Below are positions 9,779-22,894 of a stretch of DNA of 64,000 nt, in pieces. The position numbers were made by a program, and so were the translations under genes. Location: NCBI GenBank assembly GCA_017457305.1, contig JAFTHP010000034.1, forward strand, positions 6,414-70,413, in the 5' to 3' direction. Position 1 is the first letter of the stretch. Each line of letters opens with the position of its first letter. The stretch comes from Clostridia bacterium. Lineage in GTDB: Bacteria; Bacillota; Clostridia; Christensenellales; CAG-314. The notes under the pieces are model-generated. The model saw nothing but the letters and a program-made list of their open reading frames with translations, was not told the origin of the DNA and did not search any database.

Positions 9779-9895
9779 TTGAATATAGCAAACTTATATT
9801 GTTTGCCCCAACAAATACAACCATATTCCGTCAGTTGACAAAAACAATGCCTCTGACTACTGATTGGTTAATAAGAAAGGAGATTTGACAAGTTT

Positions 9896-10351
9896 ATGAG
9901 CAAAAAGGTTAAAGTAGACAATACCGCACTTGCACTAATCTACGTTGTAGTGGGTATTCTTTTGTGTATCTTCAAGGCACAAATTCTCAATTGGATTCTA
10001 ACTGGCGTTGGCGTGCTATTTTTGTTGCACGGTATCCTTCAACTTGTACACAAATTGTACAACGAAGGTATCATCTACACCACAATTGGTTTGGTTATCA
10101 TCCTTGGTGGATGGATGTTCTTGGAAGTTTTGTTCATCGTTATCGGCGTTTTACTTGTTGTAAAAGGTCTAACCGAATTAGTTGCAGGACTACAAAGCAA
10201 ACACACACTTAGTATCGTTGCAGCTTGCTTGACAATTATCGTTGGTATTTTGTTCATCCTTAACAAGTGGATTGTTGTGGATTGGTTCATCATCGTAATT
10301 GGCGTTGTACTAATTGTAAAAGGCGTTGCAGAGCTTATTTCCAGAAAATAA
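9896..10351 (+). CDS. HdeD/DUF308-type small membrane protein (three internal repeats)
   Basis: 151 aa made of three similar two-helix units (ILNWILTGVGVLFLLHGILQLV / WMFLEVLFIVIGVLLVVKGLTELV / WFIIVIGVVLIVKGVAELI). AAAGGAG SD. Confidence 0.7.
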   Translation: MSKKVKVDNTALALIYVVVGILLCIFKAQILNWILTGVGVLFLLHGILQLVHKLYNEGIIYTTIGLVIILGGWMFLEVLFIVIGVLLVVKGLTELVAGLQSKHTLSIVAACLTIIVGILFILNKWIVVDWFIIVIGVVLIVKGVAELISRK

Positions 10352-10368
10352 CAACAACTAAAACAAAC

Positions 10369-10407
10369 AGCACACTGTTGACACGTTTCAACTAGTGTGC
10401 TTTTTTG
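10369..10407 (+). terminator. intrinsic terminator after DUF308 gene
   Basis: AGCACACU...AGUGUGCU with an inner GUUGA/UCAAC extension, followed by UUUUU. Confidence 0.75.
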
Positions 10408-10649
10408 TTGCGCTTTTGCCCCTATTTGATGCATTTGGCAACTGTTTACACTCTTGTTTACCCATCAAAGAAGGGGATTGAGTACATTATTTGCACCTTT
10501 CAAATTACACAACTTCTAGCACAACAGCTTTTTGCCCTGCTATCGCGCAATACAACAGCTACGTATCAACAGTAATTGATAACTAATGGCTATTTAGCTA
10601 TATTCAACTGTAGTATATCTACAAATATGCCCTATTTACCAATAAATCA

Positions 10650-10678
10650 TTGCAAAAATATATTGATTGTGTTACAAT
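10650..10678 (+). promoter_or_regulatory. sigma-A-type promoter of serS (TTGCAA-17-TACAAT, TGn)
   Basis: TTGCAA AAATATATTGATTGTGT TACAAT, with a leader of about 55 nt to ATG 10740. Confidence 0.55.
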
Positions 10679-10739
10679 TACTAGGATTGTTGCTTATTGA
10701 TGGCAACACTACAACTAAAACACTTACAGGGGTAGAACA

Positions 10740-12020
10740 ATGATTGATATCAACCTTATCAGACAAGACCATGAAGCCATCCGCCAAAGATATCTTCGCC
10801 GCGGAAAGGACATTGATTTTACAGCATTTTTGCAACTAGATGAACAACGCAAAGCCATCATTCAATCCGTTGAACAAATGAAGGCTCAACGCAACAAAGT
10901 ATCTGCACAAATTCCACAACTCAAAAAGGCAGGACAAGACGTTTCTGCTACAATTGCGGAAATGAAGGCACTTGGCGACAAAATTGCACAAGAAGACGCT
11001 CGCCTTGCAGAAATCAACGACCAAATTAGAGATTTCTTGCTTCGCTTGCCTAACCTTCCAGATGAAGACCTTCTTGCTGGCGGAAAAGAAAATAACAAGC
11101 CAATCAAGCTATTTGGCACAAAACCAACCTTCGACTTTATCCCAAAGGATCACGTTGAACTAGCTAAAAGCCTTGGCCTAATCGACTATGAACGTGGCGC
11201 AAAGCTTGCTGGTAACGGTAGCTGGATCTACACAGGTCTTGGCGCAAGACTGGAGTGGGCACTGCTTAACTACTTTATCGACAGCCACATTGCAAAGGGC
11301 TACGAATTTATGTTGCCACCATATATGCTCACATACGAGTGTGGACTTACTGCTGGTCAATTCCCCAAGTTTGAGGAAGACGTTTACCAACTTGCAAATG
11401 CGGAAGGTAAAAAGTTCTTGTTGCCAACTGCCGAAACCGCTCTTGTAAACTTGTACCGTGACGAAGTGCTTGCAGAAAGTCAACTTCCACGCAAGTTCTT
11501 TGGTTACAGCGCATGCTTCCGTCGTGAAGCTGGTAGCTACCGCAGTGAAGAACGCGGTATGATTCGCGGACACCAATTTAACAAAGTTGAGTTATTCCAA
11601 TACACCACACCAGAACAAAGCGATGCAGCTTTTGAAGAAATGGTTAACATGGCTTGCGGACTAGTAGAAGGTCTTGGATTGCACTATCAACTAAGCAAGC
11701 TTGCTGCAGGGGATTGCTCCGACAGCATGGCTAGAACATACGATATTGAAATTTACATCCCAAGCATGAACATCTACAAGGAAGTTTCTTCCGCAAGTAA
11801 TGCTCGCGATTACCAAGCACGCCGTGGCAATATGCGTTACAGAAGCGAAGCAGACAAAAAGCTCTACTTTATGCACACGTTGAACGCAAGCGGTCTAGCA
11901 ACAAGTCGTGTGTTCCCAGCACTACTTGAACAAAACCAAAATGCCGATGGTAGCGTTACTATACCAGAAGTTTTGCGCAAGTACATGGGCGGCCTAGATA
12001 AGCTTGTTCCAATTAAATAG
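10740..12020 (+). CDS. serS: serine--tRNA ligase
   Basis: 426 aa. N-terminal coiled-coil arm, then a class II core (FRREAGSYRSEERGMIRGHQFNKVE, TLNASGLATSR). Confidence 0.94.
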   Translation: MIDINLIRQDHEAIRQRYLRRGKDIDFTAFLQLDEQRKAIIQSVEQMKAQRNKVSAQIPQLKKAGQDVSATIAEMKALGDKIAQEDARLAEINDQIRDFLLRLPNLPDEDLLAGGKENNKPIKLFGTKPTFDFIPKDHVELAKSLGLIDYERGAKLAGNGSWIYTGLGARLEWALLNYFIDSHIAKGYEFMLPPYMLTYECGLTAGQFPKFEEDVYQLANAEGKKFLLPTAETALVNLYRDEVLAESQLPRKFFGYSACFRREAGSYRSEERGMIRGHQFNKVELFQYTTPEQSDAAFEEMVNMACGLVEGLGLHYQLSKLAAGDCSDSMARTYDIEIYIPSMNIYKEVSSASNARDYQARRGNMRYRSEADKKLYFMHTLNASGLATSRVFPALLEQNQNADGSVTIPEVLRKYMGGLDKLVPIK

Positions 12021-12036
12021 TTACTACACAAACACA

Positions 12037-12075
12037 TGTCATTGCATCCTATTTGGGTGCAATGGCAGTTTTTGT
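12037..12075 (+). terminator. probable intrinsic terminator after serS
   Basis: Imperfect stem GUCAUUGCAUCC / GGUGCAAUGGC followed by GUUUUUGU. Confidence 0.5.
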
Positions 12076-12188
12076 ATTAAAAATATTGACACAATTGCTT
12101 TACTTAACTAAATCAAACACACTCACAAATAAGTTGACCGTTTGTTAAGCGGAAAACAATTACGAGGTTCTATATCAAAGGGGGAAAT

Positions 12189-13010
12189 ATGAATCACGAA
12201 TACACATTTGGTAGCGAAGGCTTTTTCGGCTATGCACCACAAAAGGACTTCTACTACTACTCACTAGCACACTTTTTGCCAATCATTTTGCTTGGCATTG
12301 CAATTTTCCTAACTTACCGCTTCCGTGATAAACTGCGCAACAGCAAGCATGAAGAAAATATCCGCTTTGCACTAGGTGCAACCTGTATCTTTGCAGAACT
12401 ATTCTACTTCCTTCGTCTTCTCTACGTTGGAGCTGGCACAAGCGGAAACCAAATGATAAACTATCTTCCTATTGAAGTTTGTCAATGGATGGCAATTATT
12501 GCAGGCTTTATGATGATGAAAAAAAGTCGACACATGTTTGATCTTTGCTACTACATATGTTTGACATTGGGCGTTATGCCCCTAATCATGCCAGCGGTTA
12601 TCGAACAAACTGGTCCAGGTTACTTTAGATACTATCAATTTTGGGCAGAACATCTTACACCAATCTACTGCGTATTCTATATGATGTTTGTCCAACAAAT
12701 GCGCCCAGATTACAAAAAGGTATACAAACCTTTTATTTTACTAGCAATCATGGCGAGCATTGCAATTCCCGCAAATCTGCTTATTCCAAACGGTGACTTT
12801 ATGTATTTGCAAGGAGAACCAGCAGGCAACAGCATTCTTACTTACTTCCCCAAAAATCTTGGACTTAGATTGCTTTGCTTTACAGGTATTGTAATTGCGC
12901 TATTCACGTTGGTATCTTTACCACAAATTATCCGCGAGATTAAAGCAAAAAAGGCACAATCCGCCACACCTGCGGAAGCTGAGCCTGTTGCACAAGCTGA
13001 CCAACAATAA
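12189..13010 (+). CDS. YwaF/TIGR02206-like integral membrane protein
   Basis: 273 aa, multi-pass. Family-like LPIEVCQWMAIIAGFMM segment and FWAEHLTPIY. GGGGG SD. Confidence 0.5.
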   Translation: MNHEYTFGSEGFFGYAPQKDFYYYSLAHFLPIILLGIAIFLTYRFRDKLRNSKHEENIRFALGATCIFAELFYFLRLLYVGAGTSGNQMINYLPIEVCQWMAIIAGFMMMKKSRHMFDLCYYICLTLGVMPLIMPAVIEQTGPGYFRYYQFWAEHLTPIYCVFYMMFVQQMRPDYKKVYKPFILLAIMASIAIPANLLIPNGDFMYLQGEPAGNSILTYFPKNLGLRLLCFTGIVIALFTLVSLPQIIREIKAKKAQSATPAEAEPVAQADQQ

Positions 13011-13021
13011 TACAAATAACT

Positions 13022-13057
13022 AGCAGGAGCTACATAACGTTTGCTCCTGCTTTTTTA
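13022..13057 (+). terminator. intrinsic terminator
   Basis: AGCAGGAGC-loop-GCUCCUGCU followed by UUUUU. Confidence 0.8.
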
Positions 13058-13121
13058 ATAAAGGTAACAAGATGGACAAAAACTATCAAAGCTTATGTGC
13101 TCAAAAAATACCATCATTTTG

Positions 13122-13150
13122 TTGACAAACGCAAAAAACAATGGTAGTAT
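13122..13150 (+). promoter_or_regulatory. sigma-A-type promoter of the metNIQ T-box leader (TTGACA-17-TAGTAT)
   Basis: TTGACA AACGCAAAAAACAATGG TAGTAT. Confidence 0.6.
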
Positions 13151-13194
13151 ATTCCCATATTAGGCAGAAATGTCTACATATCTACAAAAAACAT

Positions 13195-13457
13195 TGAAGA
13201 GAAGAGTAGTGATTGGGTGTTCTCACAGAGAGTTTCCGACGGTGAAAAGGAAGCAGAAAGGAAAATCATGAAGATGGCCTCTGAGTTGCACAACTGAGCA
13301 AAGAATTTGTAAGGTTGTGTCGGGTGTGCCCGTTATAGCAATAGAGCATGTTAGTGCTTGAAATAGGCTGGCAAAGGGTTTGCTTTGCTAAGCGAAGAAG
13401 GTTGGTACCACGGAAAGATTTTTCGTCCTTTACATTGATTTGTAAAGGACTTTTTTT
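13195..13457 (+). promoter_or_regulatory. T-box riboswitch leader (probable Met specifier) controlling metNIQ
   Basis: Stem I elements AGAGAAGAGUAG and CAGAGAG...GGUGAAAAGG. F-box-like CCCGUUAUAG. T-box sequence GGUUGGUACCACGG (13400-13413). Terminator GUCCUUUACA-loop-UGUAAAGGAC plus U7 (13425-13457). Candidate specifier AUG followed by A at 13268-13271. Confidence 0.85.
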
Positions 13458-13504
13458 ATTTCATTTTACACAAAACAACAATACAACATACAAGAGGAAT
13501 ACAC

Positions 13505-14515
13505 ATGGCAGAAATAATTAGGTTAGAAAAACTAACCAAAATTTTCCAAGACAAACGCAACACCACCGTTGCCATAAAGGATATTGACCTTGTTATTGAA
13601 CAAGGGGATATCTACGGTATTATTGGTTTGTCGGGCGCTGGCAAAAGCACCTTGATTAGATGCATCAACCTACTAGAAAAGCCAACCAGCGGTGCAGTTT
13701 TCTTTGAAGGAACAAACCTTGTAGAACTCAAAGATAGCCAACTACGCCAAACTCGCCAAAAGATTGGTATGATTTTCCAAAACTTCAATTTGATGGAACA
13801 ACGCACCGTTCTACGCAACGTTTTGTTCCCATTGGAAATAGCACACATTGCAAAGGATACTGCAAAAGAAAGGGCTGTTGAACTGCTCAACTTAGTCGGT
13901 TTAAGCGACAAACTTGACAGTTATCCCAGTCAACTATCCGGTGGACAAAAACAACGTGTTGCCATTGCAAGGGCGCTAGCTAACAACCCAAGCGTTTTGC
14001 TCTGCGACGAAGCAACAAGCGCATTGGATCCTTCCACAACGTTATCTATCCTTCAACTACTAAAGGAAATCAACCAAAAACTTGGCATCACAATCGTTAT
14101 CATCACACACGAAATGAAGGTGGTAGAAACCATCTGCAACAAGGTGGCAATCATTGACGAAAGTGTTATCAAGGAAACTGGTCTAGTGGCAGAGGTTTTT
14201 GCAAACCCACAAACACCAATTGCAAAAAACCTTATCTACCCAAAGCTTGGTGTTATCAACAAGGAATTTGGTAGCGTACTGCTAAAGCTTACCTTTGACA
14301 AAACAGTTTTGGAACCAGTTGTTGCCGATATGATACTCAAAACCCAAGTAGCGGTAAACATCATTGAAGCTAGTATAAAACAAGGTGACAACGGTAGCAC
14401 AGGGGAAATGATCATCCAACTACCAAACGATCAAAACAGCATTGCCAAGGTACAAAACTACCTTACCACCAAGAACATTTCCTTCCAACAAAGTAACACG
14501 GAGGTGCAACAATGA
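13505..14515 (+). CDS. metN: methionine ABC transporter ATP-binding protein
   Basis: 336 aa. Walker A GLSGAGKSTL, signature LSGGQKQRVAIARAL, C-terminal NIL-type domain. Followed by metI and metQ. Confidence 0.9.
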   Translation: MAEIIRLEKLTKIFQDKRNTTVAIKDIDLVIEQGDIYGIIGLSGAGKSTLIRCINLLEKPTSGAVFFEGTNLVELKDSQLRQTRQKIGMIFQNFNLMEQRTVLRNVLFPLEIAHIAKDTAKERAVELLNLVGLSDKLDSYPSQLSGGQKQRVAIARALANNPSVLLCDEATSALDPSTTLSILQLLKEINQKLGITIVIITHEMKVVETICNKVAIIDESVIKETGLVAEVFANPQTPIAKNLIYPKLGVINKEFGSVLLKLTFDKTVLEPVVADMILKTQVAVNIIEASIKQGDNGSTGEMIIQLPNDQNSIAKVQNYLTTKNISFQQSNTEVQQ

Positions 14516-15192
14516 TATCACTAATTAGCGCAACCTTCCCATTTACCTACTACCTTGAACAAACACTCATCACACTAAAAATTGTTGGAATATCCACACT
14601 ACTATCCTATGTGCTTGGTATTCCACTAGGAATTTTACTAAACGTTACTGACAAAAACGGTTTGTACAAATGTCGTCCAGTAAACGCAATACTTGGTGCA
14701 ATCATCAATATTTTGCGTTCGGCACCATTTATCATTTTGCTAGTAACACTACTACCTGCAATCCGCAAGCTTGTAGGCACCAGCGTAGGAGACGTTCCCT
14801 TTACAGTTGGTCTAGTAATTGCTGCAACACCATTTGTGGCGCGCATGGTAGAGTCATCCCTAAAGGAAATTGACTACGGCGTTGTAGAAGCAAGTCTAGC
14901 AATGGGCGCAAGCAAAATGCGCACAATATTTACAGTAATCTTGCCAGAAATTAGAAGCAGTCTTATTGTAGGTGCAACAATCAGCTTTGCCACAATACTT
15001 GGCTACACCGCAATGGCAGGAACAATCGGCGCAGAAGGCTTGGGCAACACCGCATACACCTACGGATACATCAGCAGTAACCCCGAAGTAACCATCATTT
15101 GTCTTGTACTACTAATTGTAATTGTGCAAATTTTCCAAGAAGTTGGCATGCGCATTGCAAAAAAATTAGATCACAGAAAAAAAGGAGAGTAA
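14512..15192 (+). CDS. metI: methionine ABC transporter permease
   Basis: 226 aa, ATGA overlap with metN, GGAGG SD. Five to six TM segments and a MetI-like EAA-type loop (EASLAMGASKMRTIFTVILPE). Confidence 0.9.
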   Translation: MISLISATFPFTYYLEQTLITLKIVGISTLLSYVLGIPLGILLNVTDKNGLYKCRPVNAILGAIINILRSAPFIILLVTLLPAIRKLVGTSVGDVPFTVGLVIAATPFVARMVESSLKEIDYGVVEASLAMGASKMRTIFTVILPEIRSSLIVGATISFATILGYTAMAGTIGAEGLGNTAYTYGYISSNPEVTIICLVLLIVIVQIFQEVGMRIAKKLDHRKKGE

Positions 15193-15195
15193 ACC

Positions 15196-16020
15196 ATGAA
15201 AAAAGTAATCGCTATTTTGTTACTTGTAATTTTGTCCTTTGCAACACTATCCCTTGCTGCTTGCAACAAATGGGAACCAATGCCAGCCGACCAAACAACA
15301 ATCACAGTTGCTGCAACACCTACACCACACGCAGAAATCTTGGAACAAGCAAAGCCATTGCTTGCTGAACTTGGCTACACACTTATTATCAAGGTGTATA
15401 CCGACTACGTTCAACCAAACGACACAACCGAATTTGGCGACGTGGACGCAAACTACTTCCAACACCTTCCATACATGGACGAATTCAACCAAACACACGA
15501 AACACACCTTGTTAGCGTTGGCGCAATCCACTACGAATCATTTGCCATCTACAAGGGAACAAGAACAAGTCTTGACCAACTACAAAATGGCGACATCGTT
15601 CTTATCCCAAATGACGGAACAAACCGCGCAAGAGCATTGCTATTGTTGCAAGAAGCTGGCTTAATCACATTGAAAGATGGCGTTGGCTTGAACGCAACAA
15701 AGTACGATATCGTAGCAAACCCAAAGAACTTGGAAGTTAAGGAAATGGAAGCGCAAAACATCCCCAAAGTTCGCCAAGATGCCGCAATTGCTGTAATCAA
15801 CGGCAACTACGCACTGGATAACAACCTTACCAGAGATGACGCTATCCTATACGAAAGCACCGACGGTATTGCCGCAACAACCTACGCAAACATTTTGTGC
15901 GTACGCGACGGCAACCAAAACCACCCTGCAATCCAAGCATTGCTACAAGTACTCCGCTCCGAAACCATCATCAACTACATCAACAACACCTACGGCGGAG
16001 TTGTAATTCCAACTAGATAA
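15196..16020 (+). CDS. metQ: methionine-binding lipoprotein (MetQ/NlpA family)
   Basis: 274 aa. Lipobox LSLAAC. NlpA-family pattern (VNGNYALDNNL, ANILCVRDGN). Confidence 0.9.
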   Translation: MKKVIAILLLVILSFATLSLAACNKWEPMPADQTTITVAATPTPHAEILEQAKPLLAELGYTLIIKVYTDYVQPNDTTEFGDVDANYFQHLPYMDEFNQTHETHLVSVGAIHYESFAIYKGTRTSLDQLQNGDIVLIPNDGTNRARALLLLQEAGLITLKDGVGLNATKYDIVANPKNLEVKEMEAQNIPKVRQDAAIAVINGNYALDNNLTRDDAILYESTDGIAATTYANILCVRDGNQNHPAIQALLQVLRSETIINYINNTYGGVVIPTR

Positions 16021-16044
16021 TCTTTAACAATGTAAAAAGTCAAA

Positions 16045-16074
16045 AACCATCTGTGAAGACAGGTGGTTTTTTTT
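16045..16074 (+). terminator. intrinsic terminator after metQ
   Basis: CCAUCUGU-GAAG-ACAGGUGG followed by U8. Confidence 0.85.
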
Positions 16075-16237
16075 GTTGCTTTTGCCATAGTTTTGATGTC
16101 GTTTGGTTCATCTCAAATTACAACACGACAAGTGCCGCGCTATATCAATACTTCAACATCATTTGTAGATTAGTATATTTTTATGAGCAAATAATATATT
16201 TATATATTATTTTTTTTGCAAGATATCAATTTTGGGG

Positions 16238-16266
16238 TTGACTTTATGTGGGTAAAATATTATAAT
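16238..16266 (+). promoter_or_regulatory. sigma-A-type promoter of PFOR gene (TTGACT-17-TATAAT)
   Basis: TTGACT TTATGTGGGTAAAATAT TATAAT, about 100 nt before ATG 16366. Confidence 0.6.
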
Positions 16267-16332
16267 TAGTGCGTATGGTGAAAGTTTGGGCATATTTGGT
16301 CAAACAAACGCCTTTACAACAAAAAATACTAA

Positions 16333-19854
<3,522 letters not shown>

Positions 19855-19920
19855 TTTTTAACATTGCATTAAAAGGCCGTTAAACAGCCTAACTGTGCAA
19901 ACTACATCACAAAATAACAA

Positions 19921-19952
19921 AAGCACCATCAATTTGATGGTGCTTTTTTTTG
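19921..19952 (+). terminator. intrinsic terminator after PFOR (palindromic, usable from both strands)
   Basis: AAGCACCAUCAAAUUUGAUGGUGCUU followed by U8. On the minus strand it is followed by UUUGUUAUUUU, so it may also serve the convergent ABC exporter gene. Confidence 0.85.
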
Positions 19953-20061
19953 CTATCATAAACTATTATTCAGTTTAGTCAGTTGCTTGTCCTAACAGCC
20001 TGTTGAGAGGCAAATTCAATGTCAGCAAAGTTGCCTTGCAAGTAGCCAATTTTGTTACAAA

Positions 20062-21777
20062 CTATTGTGAAATTGTAAACAGTGAGTAGAAATATCCCTT
20101 TTCGTCAATCAGTTGTTCAAAGGTGCCTTGTTCTACAATAGATCCATTTTTCAAAGTGATAATGCCATCGTATTGTTTGAGCAGACCTTCGTCCAGCGAG
20201 TGTGTGACAACAATGCTTGTAACGCCTTGAAGCCCCAATATGGCGCTAGAAACTTGGTAAGCAGTTTCGGCATCCAAAGCAGCTGTGGCTTCGTCAACAA
20301 GAAGCACTTGCGATTTTTTCAACAAACTGCGCGCAATGGACACACGTTGCTTTTCTCCACCAGATAAACCACTACCGTTTTCTCCACACAGATAATCTGC
20401 GCCCTTTTCTTCAATCAAAGCAGACAACCCCGATAGGCGAATAGCATCATCAATTTGTTGCTCGGAAAAGTGGCTAAACATAGTGATATTATCCCTAATT
20501 GTTGCGTTGAAGATAAATACGTTTTGGTGAATAATACTTTCAATTTCGTACAAATTGCTGCTGTTTATTTCTCTAAGCTCGGTGTTGTCGTAGCAAATTG
20601 TTCCGTCGTAGTTGTGGTAAGCAGACATCAACAAGTTTAGCAATGTGGACTTTCCGCTTCCCGATGCACCAACAATGGCATACTTCTTTCCCAGTTCAAA
20701 GGTGTAGTTTATGTTGTGTAGTACTGGGGTTTCTTCGTCGTAGCTAAAGGACAAATCCTTTACAACAATGCCACGTTCAATTTGAATATGTTGGTTTTCC
20801 CCTTCTTCTCTAACGTTGGTTTCCAATGCCATAGCAATTTTGTTGAGCAAAGATTTAGCGGCCTTTCTTTCAGCAATGCAAGTGGGGATTACCGCAATTG
20901 GGCTTAGCACGTAGTTCATCAACTGCACAAAAATCATTGTTACACCAGCCGTTACACCCTTGCCGGACAAAGCCATATACGCTCCCAACAAGAATACACC
21001 AATTTGTGCGATAGTGCCAGCAATACCACCAAACAACTCAACCAAAGCACGTGCTTTGTGTTTACTACCCTGCGCCTTGGATAATTCCTTTATTTTGCTC
21101 TTGAACATTGCAATCATTTGAACTTCGGCGCCAAATGCTTTGATAACGGAAAATCCGCCCAAGCTATCCCTTAGTGTTGAAGTGTACGATTCGTTTCTGT
21201 CGGAAACCTTCTTTTCCTCCACTGCAACCTTGTTACCTGTCAAAATAGCGGCAATCAAAGGGAGCAAGGATAGTCCTATTGCTATCAATGTGAGCAAAGG
21301 ACTGTACAAAATCATCATAACCAACGCACCAACAAAGGTAAGCAAACTTTCCCACATGGTAAAGGTATCCCAAAGGTACCCTTGCTCGATGGCTTGAATA
21401 TCGTTGGTTAGCGCAGACACGTAGGTAGAGGATGCTTCGTCAGAAAAGGCGGAGATGTTCTTCCTTGTCAGTTCTTCAAAAACATATTCTTTGTATTGGG
21501 AAATACCTTTTGTAACAAACTTTGGCTTAAACTTGTGCAAAAGTAGATCAATGACGGTAAATCCAATAATTAGCACAACGGAAATTGTGGTTAGTTGAAG
21601 CAAATTATAGGTGGTATTTTGTCCGCCTATTAGGTCAACCAACTGTTGTATTAGCCAAGATATAGCTAGCGCCCCAAATGAACTGATCAGCACTTGTACA
21701 AAAGCAAATATAAAAGATACCGCATTGCCCTTGTAAAACTGTTTTGTGTAGGGGCGCAAATTAACTTTGTTTTTCAT
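20062..21777 (-). CDS. ABC exporter, fused permease/ATPase (MsbA/LmrA-like half transporter)
   Basis: Track ORF 20062..21837. Start moved to ATG 21775-21777 (MKNKVNLRPY) with an AGGAGA SD. Six N-terminal TM segments, Walker A GASGSGKSTLLNLL, signature LSGGEKQRVSIAR. Confidence 0.85.
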   Translation of the reverse strand: MKNKVNLRPYTKQFYKGNAVSFIFAFVQVLISSFGALAISWLIQQLVDLIGGQNTTYNLLQLTTISVVLIIGFTVIDLLLHKFKPKFVTKGISQYKEYVFEELTRKNISAFSDEASSTYVSALTNDIQAIEQGYLWDTFTMWESLLTFVGALVMMILYSPLLTLIAIGLSLLPLIAAILTGNKVAVEEKKVSDRNESYTSTLRDSLGGFSVIKAFGAEVQMIAMFKSKIKELSKAQGSKHKARALVELFGGIAGTIAQIGVFLLGAYMALSGKGVTAGVTMIFVQLMNYVLSPIAVIPTCIAERKAAKSLLNKIAMALETNVREEGENQHIQIERGIVVKDLSFSYDEETPVLHNINYTFELGKKYAIVGASGSGKSTLLNLLMSAYHNYDGTICYDNTELREINSSNLYEIESIIHQNVFIFNATIRDNITMFSHFSEQQIDDAIRLSGLSALIEEKGADYLCGENGSGLSGGEKQRVSIARSLLKKSQVLLVDEATAALDAETAYQVSSAILGLQGVTSIVVTHSLDEGLLKQYDGIITLKNGSIVEQGTFEQLIDEKGYFYSLFTISQ

Positions 21778-21862
21778 TTTTCTCCTTACAAACGGCATAA
21801 TTTTTTTGCGATAACTCGCCAAAACTACAATTAGCAATGATTTAAACCTGCTAATTAGTTGA

Positions 21863-21890
21863 AATATATTAGATTGATTACAATACTCAA
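21863..21890 (-). promoter_or_regulatory. possible sigma-A-type promoter of ABC exporter (TTGAGT-16-TATATT)
   Basis: Reverse complement reads TTGAGT ATTGTAATCAATCTAA TATATT. Confidence 0.4.
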
Positions 21891-21916
21891 TCTTTTACGT
21901 TACTAGCAAATTTTGC

Positions 21917-22264
21917 TTAAATAATTACTTTTACACAATCGTCATCACGACTTTGAACGTCTACCAACGTTAGTGGACCGTTTTCGCGATGATAAACCTT
22001 GAGCGCCTTTGCCATTTGTTTATACATTTTATATGTAAATTCATTAGATGGGCTACCCGCTTTGTTAAGGGCTGTGCTTTGTTGCACGTCGCCTCTTTCT
22101 AGCGGAACTGCCGACTCTTCAACGGCCTGAGTCTTGGTATACTTTTTGCCCTTGTTCAGCATAGTTTTGAGAAATTTATAGCCAATTCTTCCCGTAACAA
22201 AAAAGGTAGGGATGCGAATAATCCTTTTTTTACCACTTTCGTAGTCCTTTATTTCAATCTTCAT
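21917..22264 (-). CDS. hypothetical protein, standalone paralog of the C-terminal domain of the adjacent XRE regulator
   Basis: 115 aa, start overlapping the upstream stop (TAATG), GGGTGGA SD. N-terminal IEIKDYESGKKRIIRIPTFFV and C-terminal LTLVDVQSRDDDCVKVII mirror LKIRVLSTDGDKVNVNLPLAVV and KLVEIQSEDGDTVEIWVE of the regulator. Confidence 0.5.
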   Translation of the reverse strand: MKIEIKDYESGKKRIIRIPTFFVTGRIGYKFLKTMLNKGKKYTKTQAVEESAVPLERGDVQQSTALNKAGSPSNEFTYKMYKQMAKALKVYHRENGPLTLVDVQSRDDDCVKVII

Positions 22265-22758
22265 TATTCCACCCAGATTTCTACCGTATCTCCGTCTTCC
22301 GACTGTATTTCCACCAACTTTCCTATTACACCTTGTTCTACAAGGGCAAATACTTGTTCAAAGTCAATACCCTTGAGCATATTTTTGCCGTTGGAATTTA
22401 CTGGCGCCATTTCCACACCACTGTCGACAATAATCTTTACAACTGCTAAAGGTAAGTTTACGTTAACTTTGTCGCCGTCCGTTGACAAAACGCGGATTTT
22501 TAGCAAAAGTTTTTCGATAGGCTTGCGTTGTGCTGGCTCAACAACGGATACTGTGGGTGTTTTGCCAAGAAGCTCGTCGGTAGTTACCCCTAGCATTTCC
22601 GCTAGTTCCAGCAGCACGGACAAATCTGGTGCAGAGTTGTCGTTTTCCCACTTGGATACAGCTTGTGAACTTATATTTAGTCGTGTAGCAACGTCTTCCT
22701 GAGTGAGATTGGCGTTTTTTCTTAAACGTTGAATACGTTGTCCCAATGTTTCTTTCAT
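22264..22758 (-). CDS. XRE-family HTH transcriptional regulator with C-terminal beta-rich domain of unknown function
   Basis: 164 aa. HTH_3 signature LGQRIQRLRKNANLTQEDVATRLNISSQAVSKWEND. AGGAGA SD. Confidence 0.8.
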   Translation of the reverse strand: MKETLGQRIQRLRKNANLTQEDVATRLNISSQAVSKWENDNSAPDLSVLLELAEMLGVTTDELLGKTPTVSVVEPAQRKPIEKLLLKIRVLSTDGDKVNVNLPLAVVKIIVDSGVEMAPVNSNGKNMLKGIDFEQVFALVEQGVIGKLVEIQSEDGDTVEIWVE

Positions 22759-22894
22759 ATGATTCTCCTAGATAATGAATTAGCAGTGGCAATATGTTTG
22801 AACAGGTGAAAAAGAGTTGTCGTGCACAAAACAACAATAACACATCCGTTGCCGCTTGCCCCTGTTGCACTACCATTGTATATCTTTTGCCAAA

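Noticed and set aside
9477-9895. Possible T-box leader upstream of cysS (a GGTGTCGCAACCGCG stretch superficially resembles the T-box sequence).
   Set aside because: A good promoter (TTGATT-17-TACAAT) lies only about 30 nt before the cysS start. The T-box-like stretch lies upstream of that promoter, overlaps the divergent plus-strand promoter, and has no stem I elements or terminator.
10408-10739. Possible T-box leader upstream of serS.
   Set aside because: There is no AGAGA/GNUGNRA stem I elements, no F-box, no GGUGGUACC-like sequence and no terminator. A simple promoter sits 60 nt before the ATG.
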